From positions 11,966,001 through 12,030,000 of the forward strand of contig OX442314.1 of NCBI GenBank assembly GCA_949358305.1: DNA of 64,000 bases, read 5' to 3'. Source of the stretch: Strigamia acuminata. Lineage: Eukaryota. A program made the translations under genes and the position numbers. Below, one piece after another: positions 56,052 to 64,000 of this stretch. The notes below the pieces were generated by a model. That model was not told the DNA's origin. It did no database searches and saw nothing but the letters and a program-made list of their open reading frames with translations. Each line of letters begins with the position of its first letter. The stretch's first letter is position 1.

Positions 56052-59000
56052 TTAAACTCCATTAACTGCTGTTGGTTGTTCCTCATTGACAATCATCGCC
56101 TTATCCGCTTGAAATTGTTTGTATCTGTCATGTTTTTTCTTGTTGAAATAGATCCAACTATTAGCAAAATAAAAATAAAATTTATCTAGTTCCGTGTATA
56201 ATGAACATGTCTATAGTCTTGTTAACTCCAAGATGATCCTTTCTCCCATTGGCTGAGCCTCATTACTCCTAACTCTAGACCAGGGGTCGGCAAATAATTT
56301 TAAGTGGGGTCCGGATACTATTGAAAACCAAATAAACCCCCCAATAAACACACACAACCCAAAAAATACCAGGAAAAAAACAGGAAAAACACGAAAAAAT
56401 ACCGAAAAACCAAAGAAACCGAGGGAAAACGTCGCTAAAGCGTTACCGCGGTCCAAGTTTTGATCGCTGTCTGCCTATTGCCGACCGCTGCTCTAGACTG
56501 TATACTACCACCAGGAAAGGTAGTTTTTATTTTTATTTATTTTTCTGGTTATTATGATCATTTAAATTGATATAATTTAAATTGTATTTTATTATAAAAT
56601 GTTATTTTCATTTAGGAAATAAAGTTTTATGCAATTTTTAATTTAAAAATCATGTTTGTTCTGTTTATTGGTTGCTTTGTCAGGAAAGCAAACAATTTCC
56701 TAACAATAGGTAATCGATTACAACGTCTGTACATTGTAATGCAATTCTGGTGTTTGGGTCTATTTTCTTGGATCACTACACAAGTGAAATGGCTTGGCCA
56801 ATGGGAGAAAGGATCATCTTAGTGTTAACAAGAGTATAATTATGAAGTTCTTACATGAAAATTGCTATTGGAATTAGCACAAAACCGGCCGATAGCATAT
56901 ATACGGCGCCTCGGTAAATCTCTCTCGTAGCTTTGTATGTTTGTGAGTAAACGACAGATGACGCGATAGGTGAAAGTGCTTCACAAGAAGAAATAACTGC
57001 ATATAATTTACCTAAAACATTTATATGTCGGTAAATAACTAGAGAAAAAATTCCTCACAAAATATTTTTAAAGAACTCACCAGTTTCGTCCTTGGTCACT
57101 AATTTGGATGAGAAAGATCGAATTGTTGGCATCCCAATAAATTGGAAGAACGACACTGTTGCAGCTAATGAACAAAACCAATCCATAAACACCAATTAAC
57201 TTGAAAGACAATTCAAATGACTAAAACACCTACCTACGTATAACATCCAGCCCTTAAAACTTATGGCCGTTATGGCATTTTTAAGAAATATACCAGATAG
57301 GCCTATTATGCCTAACATCAAATCTGTCAATTTATATTTCTTAAAAAGTAATCTGAAGATAAGAACTGTGCCTGAAACAAATAAATAGTGTATTTTAAGT
57401 TTAATTATAATAAATATATTATAAATATATAATTATAATTATAAATACCGGTAGTATAGTTTAATTTAATAAATAGGACAGGGAATGATGTCATTTTTGT
57501 TTTAAAATTGAAGTTAAACACAAAATATTTTAATTTTTGAATTCGGCTAGTGGTAATTGGATTTGTCACGTTTTGTGCTAGGTGGCATACCAAAAACGTG
57601 TTTATACAAGGAAAAACAAGATCGTTTCTGGAAAACTAGGATATTGTACACATGCACAGATGTGCACAATCAAAGGAATCAGAAATGATCGACCGGAGGT
57701 GTAACTAGCCATGGCTAACGGTTAAACATGTTTTGTTGTTTAAATGTCTTGCGCATGCCCCCTATGACTGACATCGGCCACCATTTTCTCAGTTAGATCC
57801 AGACAAGCAGTAGCTGCATTCAAAAACTCTAAAACGTATGCAAAACTCGTTTCGTGTTTGTACGTGACGTCATTCCCATTGAATAACATGGGAATGTTAT
57901 TTAATGGGAATGACGTCTAGTGACAATATGCGTATCTTACCTACTCCTGTTACCAAGAGAGAATACGTGGAGTAATATCCCAATTTGACTTGATCCCAGC
58001 CAAACTGTGCTTGCACAAACAATAACTGCACTGTGTGTTCACCTGAAATTATATAAAACAAAGCTATAACCACATATTTCCTACAACAAACCCAATTTCT
58101 TACCCGTCAACGGAAATAACAAGATAAACATCGAAAATAGCATAAGGTGAATGTAAACCCGATCGTTGCCTTCCCGTTTTCCAGTGAAGATTTTTAAATT
58201 GTCCACCACATTTTGCACGTCAAACAAATCGCGAAGAACACCGCATTTCCTTCCATCGTTGACAGACACGACAGTTTCCGCCAAGAAAAATATCGAGTAG
58301 AATATAGACACACAAAAGAAAGTGACGCTGATCGCAAATCCGGGGATGTAACCCCACGCGGAATACATGACCGAACTGAGCGTCATACCGATCGGCAAAG
58401 AAACGAACATTGCGAAATCGGCGATGGCAATTCGTTTAGTTCGACCGCTGACAGTCGTTATGTCCGAAAGGTAACTGAAGCAACCCATCATCATGGAAAC
58501 CATTCCGCCGGTGAAGCCGATAAATGCCGAACCAATAAGTAGATATTCGGGACGTGTTTCTACGTAATACGCGGCGAGGGTGCTGCAGACGGAACTGCCC
58601 AGATAGCCGAAAATTGGGAAAATGATTGGGAATTTCCGGCTGTGTTTGTCGCTCCAGGAGCCGAGGAAACAAGAGTATACAATTGCGGGGATGGTCTCGA
58701 TTAGTCTTTTGTACATTGCAAAATCGGCGGAGTAGGATTGGATTTTGGCCGAGGCGTTGTGGTCGCCCGTGTAGTTTAGACAGAGCTCGTTGGTGTAATT
58801 GAAGGTCACGTGACAGATTTTGTCGATCACGAGTGCACTGAGAGGATTCATTTGCAGTGACATTGCGAGCATGGTAAAGAAGAGTGTGGGTTCGACTGTG
58901 ATTAATCGCTTGACAAATGCTCTGGGTTTCTCTTCCGGTTCCGGGAGTTCTTCGTCTTTATTTTGTGTGGGAGTTAAATTGTCTCTGGTTTTGTCGTTTT

Positions 59001-59091
59001 TTTTAGTTGTTGGTTCCGATTGGGTTGATTGTGAGTTGTTTTTATCTGATAGTTGGTCGTTTTCGACGAGATAGTCTTGCGACGACTGCAT
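56052..59091 (-). CDS. SLC46/PCFT-like major facilitator superfamily transporter. Exons 59091-58104, 58043-57941, 57372-57235, 57166-57081, 57011-56855, 56157-56052.
   Basis: ITVEPTLF, IDKICHVTFNYTNELC, LGSWSDKHSRK, FSYLSDIT, RSFSSKLVTKDETGKLYA; many hydrophobic helices; spliced frame open to TAA. Confidence 0.9.
56212..56837. mobile_element. TIR MITE in the SLC46 gene's last intron; related copies at ~48381-48771 and ~49965-50090
   Basis: TCTTGTTAAC...AAGATGATCCTTTCTCCCATTGGC and its reverse complement. Confidence 0.65.
56281..56490. mobile_element. hAT MITE nested in the previous element
   Basis: TIR CAGGGGTCGGCAA/TTGCCGACCGCTG with 8-bp TSD CTCTAGAC. Confidence 0.9.
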
Positions 59092-62000
59092 TCTGTAATC
59101 TGGTAAAACAAATACGAATGTTAGTTAAGATTTTTTTTATTTTTTTTTATTTTATTGTGATAAAGTTGAGTCGTTATCATCTGATTACTATTTTGTGTCG
59201 ATTTTATTAACGTTGTTTCTTTTTAATCAGTTTTTTAAAGGGGAACTGGCTATCGGGTCACATTCAAAATGTTCGTTTTTGTCGTAAAATCGAACGAAGT
59301 TTGCACGTTTCATTTGCCAATATGACATGCGCATGCGCAGATCATGTCACTAACCCTAAAGGAAAATGCGAAAGGAAGAAAAGTGACTTGATCACTACCT
59401 TTCGTAAAAGTATCTTTTGGATGACGTGTTTTACGTCACTTCCGGTGTCGAAAAGAAAGAAACGGAAAGATTTATTTTTCCTTTCGCAAATTGAACAAAC
59501 TTATTATTTAACGTACAGACTTGTAGATTATATCGGTTACTGTATTTGATATCGGCAGATTTTTTGTTAAAGACATTAAGTAACACCTTGCTTGAGTTTT
59601 TACAGTAACGACTGTGCAATTTTCATTGTTTATGGTATATAAGAATAATGGGTGTGAGAAAATATGTTGAGAAAAGGTTAAGAACCACTGAACTAAACGT
59701 TTCTAATGTTATATTTACCTTATGTGTGTTGGAAATATATTGTATATTATATATTATAATATCTAATTGAACAGTAAAATGCTTGAATATACGAGCATTT
59801 TCTCTGCTTCAGCCTCGTTGTGTTCTCGTTATTTATATTTAAAGGATTTCATGTGACTCGATACAGCCTGATGGAAATATCCAATTAAAAAGCTTATATA
59901 TATATATAAAAAAAATTGATATGTCAATGAGAAAGATAAAAACTCAAAGCGTGTGACAAAAGCTCGTTTAAAAACAGTTCCTACTTGGTTTTCTTCAACA
60001 ATTTTATTTTTATTTTATTAACACAAAATGTGTGTGATGGGGCGGGGCAAAGCAACTTCCTATTGTGATTCAAGTCTAATTTGTCAAAATAATTAGCGTA
60101 AAATTAATCGTAAAGAATAAAGGACAGTTAAATCTTTAAATTTACTGGGTTGTCTCCACCATTTATTTAAATGTCCCAACGACGCAGTTTTGGCACCCAT
60201 TTTTATGGCTTTGGGGGGCACACGTCATCCTCTTATCCAATTTTTTTTTCCTTTTTAGTGTCCCCAAACTGGCCTTTAAAATGATTTTTTGATGGCGTGA
60301 AAAATCGAAAAAGGTCACTTTTAGGGCACAAAATTTAAATTTATTTTGTGGATTTTGATCATCAACCAAAAAAATGTGGACAATAGACCATTGGAAAATT
60401 ATGACGTAATGCAGTTTGGCTTTGCCCACAATAAGAAAATTACAAATTAACAATGTTATAATGTTATTTTGCAATGGTTTTTCTCGTAGAGGGAGGACAA
60501 CTATTGTTACGATCACATTATTGTGTTACCTGACCTCATTTTTCCAAAGGTCTATTGTTCGGATTTTAAAATTCATTCCTACTCCGGACGTAAATTTAAA
60601 GACCACATAAAGAGGACTTAGAGTAACTCTAAAAGAATGAAATTCCTCCGTAGATTTTGGTGTTTTTATAATCATGAAATCATATTGAACTATGAATACA
60701 TCGTATTTCGCTTTCTGACTGCGGATTACATTCTGCACATGCTGAAACAATTGATGTTGCGTCTGGTCAATCAGATGGTTTCAATGAAACCTGGAATTGG
60801 ATCTAGTTCTAGAACTAGTTCCAGAATCCGAAAATGGCGGTCTGTTTGCATGTGGCAAAGTCTTGCCAACCAGACGTGAATCGACGAGAGTTGGAGTTGA
60901 TCATGATTGGTTGGCCGCATGACGTTTCCTTGCGTTGCGTTGCTTACTTCAACTTGGAGTTGAAACAAGAATTGCGTCAACGGCAAACATTTTTGGACGC
61001 AAGCAGCTTGCGTTGCATCTAGGCTTAATATTAGGCTTAATGCTGCTAAATGATGCCTGGAATTAGGAAATCATCTGCGCAGAATGGGATTTGCGCTATG
61101 AATTAGGCATCAAGATACCGGATGCAAACTGTAGTTTAGTTTTTGGATTTTAAAAGTAAATGACAATTAAAATTCCTTCATTTTCACCCAACCATGCTTT
61201 TACTTACTTTTTTTCATCTACAAACATTATAAAAAAAAAATTGCAAGTTCGACTCTCGATCTAACTTGTCTAGCAGCCATTTTGAATCTGTTTGTAACGA
61301 GTAAACAAGCAATCCCTCCCCTCTGCCGTTTTGGCTCACAGCTTGCTGTTTTTCAATGTCAATCAGTCTTTGCAAGCCATCTGGAATGGCATCAATTTGA
61401 ATCAATTACAAACATTTTTATTCCGCATTAAATGGAGCGGAAAAGAAACAAAAATGTGCATACACTTTTAACTAGTGGCGGAAAAGAAGTTGAGGTATGT
61501 TAGGCGTGTGTAAACTGCTCGGAACGTTCTAAGGCCAAGCTGGCGCGTTTGGCTCATAAAAACATCTCATTTTGAAGATGCAAGGAGGCTGAAGGAGTCG
61601 ACTTGACTCTGGGGAATTTCACCTGATAGACAAGCATAAATAGATAAAAGTTTGATCCTTCTTTTACTCGTGTGAGGGATTTCGGGCGAGGAGTTTAAGA
61701 GTTATAAAAAACAGAGAGAAGTGAGAAAAGCAAGCAAAGTAAAGGAGGGAGAAAAAAAAATATAGATGAAAGGTGTTGATCCATGTGCATATTTTATTAT
61801 GCGACAAGGGCAACTAAGTTTGAGCATGGACGCCATTCGGGACTAAAACTTGCTTTTCAAGACATTATCACCTCGCGTGGTGTGTTGGAAGACCCCCCTG
61901 CACCTGTTTTAAGGATCAATATCAGGCGCGCACAACCATTCCTTGGTAAGGGTAGTGGGGCTGCCACTAGTAAACATCCCCATCTTTATTCGTCTTACCT

Positions 62001-63538
62001 CGTTCGTCTGCCACCATCAACTAAGTTGGATCAATATTCTGCACACGGGTACATTTGTACCTGTTTTTTGTTTGTTTTTGGGGACTTTTTTGGGGTTTTT
62101 TTTTGTGGGGTGGTTAGGGTTTTGGAATATTTTAGGCAAAATTTGGGATTTTTTTTTTTGGGTTAAATAAAACGAAACGGTTTTAAAACGAGGTTTTTTT
62201 GTGTTGTTTGTTGTTATTTTTTTTTTGCATTAGGATTCGGACGAGTTGGTTCTATTTTTATGCATTTTTTACGCGGTTTATGGTGCATCCAAAGTCGATT
62301 TCCGTTATGTGCTCTTACGGGACACGCTAATGGAAGACCGGATTACCAAGTCACTCGTTTTAGTCTCCTGAAATATTGATGAAGTCGCAATGGTACTGTC
62401 GGTTGACTTGACGTGGTTTGTGCAGCAAAATGTTAAGTCTAGTCTTTCCCCATGAACCATCAAATAAAAGGAGATCGCATGAAATTTTGAAGAGTTTTAT
62501 ATATCTTTGACAAATTGAATTTTCAATTTTCCATTCCCATACCCCCTTGAAAAAAAATGTAATAAGAAATAATAATTATGATGTAACAAGAAACACTCTT
62601 ACCTAGGGTGGATTTATGCAACAGATTATTGTATAATACAGTCTGCGACAAAATGATGTCCACCCCATTTTTTCAAGGTTTCTCTGCACTGTGCACATGT
62701 AGAAAGCTGATCGAGTACCAAGCTAAAAAATATTATGAAATTAGTATAGAAATTGTTTTCTAAAATGCATTATTACAATAAAATTGCATATTTCTTGAAT
62801 TTAAGGGTCTGCGAGTTCAATTGACCCAAATGCCCACATGTACTGTATTAGTGAAGAAAGAGTGACGATATCACTTAAAGTCTGAGGGAGGTGTGTCTTT
62901 GTTGACAATTAAGCAAGAAGTGAAGTTTAGGAAGTAGTGTGGCCCAGTGATCATCTCTGATCACATGATTGACTAGCCATGTCAACTGTGATCAGTCGTG
63001 GGGCAGAAACTATTCGGACATAGATTGTTACTATTTCCCCATCCTACAAAATTGATCACTTTGGGGAATTAATTACAATAGCTACAAACCTCTATTGTTG
63101 GGAGTTTTGGCTGGTTTTTGCAAGTTTTTGGAGAATTTTGGATGGCTTTTGTAGATTTTGAGAGATTTTTGTGAAGATTTTAGAGGATTTTGTAGCTTTT
63201 GCTAGTCTGCGGTGTATTGCAACCAATTACAGGCAGTAAGTTGGAATTGAAATTGGCAAAAATTGAAGAAAAAAATCTAGAAACGAAAATTTTGGGCGAC
63301 AAAGTGATTGAACATCGTTGCGCCCCACCAAAAATCAGCTCGCGCCCCACAGTTTGAGAAATGCTGATCTAAAGTGTTTGGTTTCTCGGTGTTTCCACTT
63401 TGCGATCGCATTTGTATTTCAATTTCTCGCTTGAAATTTATTTATCTCCAACGAGGAATACACAGCCAATGAGATAACAAGACCAAGTGTGACCAGAAGC
63501 CAGAAAAAAAATAATCTTCTCCGGACCGGCGTAAATTT

Positions 63539-63975
63539 AAACAAGTAAATATCTGTAATGCATGGAAGCATTACATATTAGACTTCTAAACCCCTTCTAC
63601 ACTTTTCTGTATAGAAATACATCTGTCCGTCTGTCCCTAAATAAAATACCAAAATAAAAGAAAATAATGTCGAGTTTCCGGGTTCGAGAAATGCACAGAC
63701 GGGCGACAACACGTCGATGAGCTGACCATTGATGTATTATTATTATTATTCTGGTATTAGTCTGTAATAGACGGCTAAAAGTCTAGTAAAACCAGTTTTT
63801 TAGTTAAGCCGAAGGTCGGAAAAATACGAAAATACCTTAGGAACCTATTGTAGGTATGCAGAGTTCATTGCAGTTGCCCGTTTGGCTCTAGCTGCTATGG
63901 TTTTTGAGAAATTGATACGGACAGACGGACAGAGCCGTTTCATTAGACTTTCTAAACAGAGTTTAGAAGTGTAAA
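63539..63975 (-). mobile_element. DINE-1/HINE-like element, second copy (inverted); a partial 5' copy lies at ~38346-38450
   Basis: Same subTIRs, hairpin, (GACA/GACG)n microsatellite and CTAGAGCCAAACG core as 53044-53677. Confidence 0.72.
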
Positions 63976-64000
63976 AGTAAAGATTATCGCTTATGATTAT

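Noticed and set aside
58213..59074. Plus-strand ORFs overlapping the transporter gene
   Set aside because: Antisense shadows of the large SLC46-like exon.
61214..62460. Coding-like GC-richer patches, including GFGRVG and ...DTLMED...LVS* reading frames
   Set aside because: No consistent spliced frame or recognisable family; the similarity to GAPDH or the RPB7 C-terminus is too short to exceed chance. A BLASTX search would settle it.

Overview
AT-rich, intron-containing invertebrate animal genomic DNA; the taxon cannot be determined from the sequence, and most long ORFs in the track are minisatellite artefacts. From left to right the window holds: (1) a divergent DEG/ENaC channel gene; (2) a tandem array of four secreted RNase T2-family genes on the minus strand; (3) a compact alternating-strand block of HYLS1, MRPL4, SMIM30 and KIN17; (4) RPB7/POLR2G, stretched over more than 32 kb by ~19-kb and ~10-kb introns full of nested transposons; (5) an SLC46/PCFT-like MFS transporter gene. 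Two features stand out. All four RNase T2 paralogs have intact frames but a His-to-Tyr change at the catalytic CAS II histidine, and each has a conserved ~50-nt hairpin just upstream of its ATG. A 5.9-kb non-autonomous CACTA/EnSpm-like 'Pack' element inside RPB7 intron 5 carries captured pieces of RIOK1, UAP56/DDX39 and an SPRTN-like gene. Exon structures were read by eye from splice signals and are not validated by transcripts.
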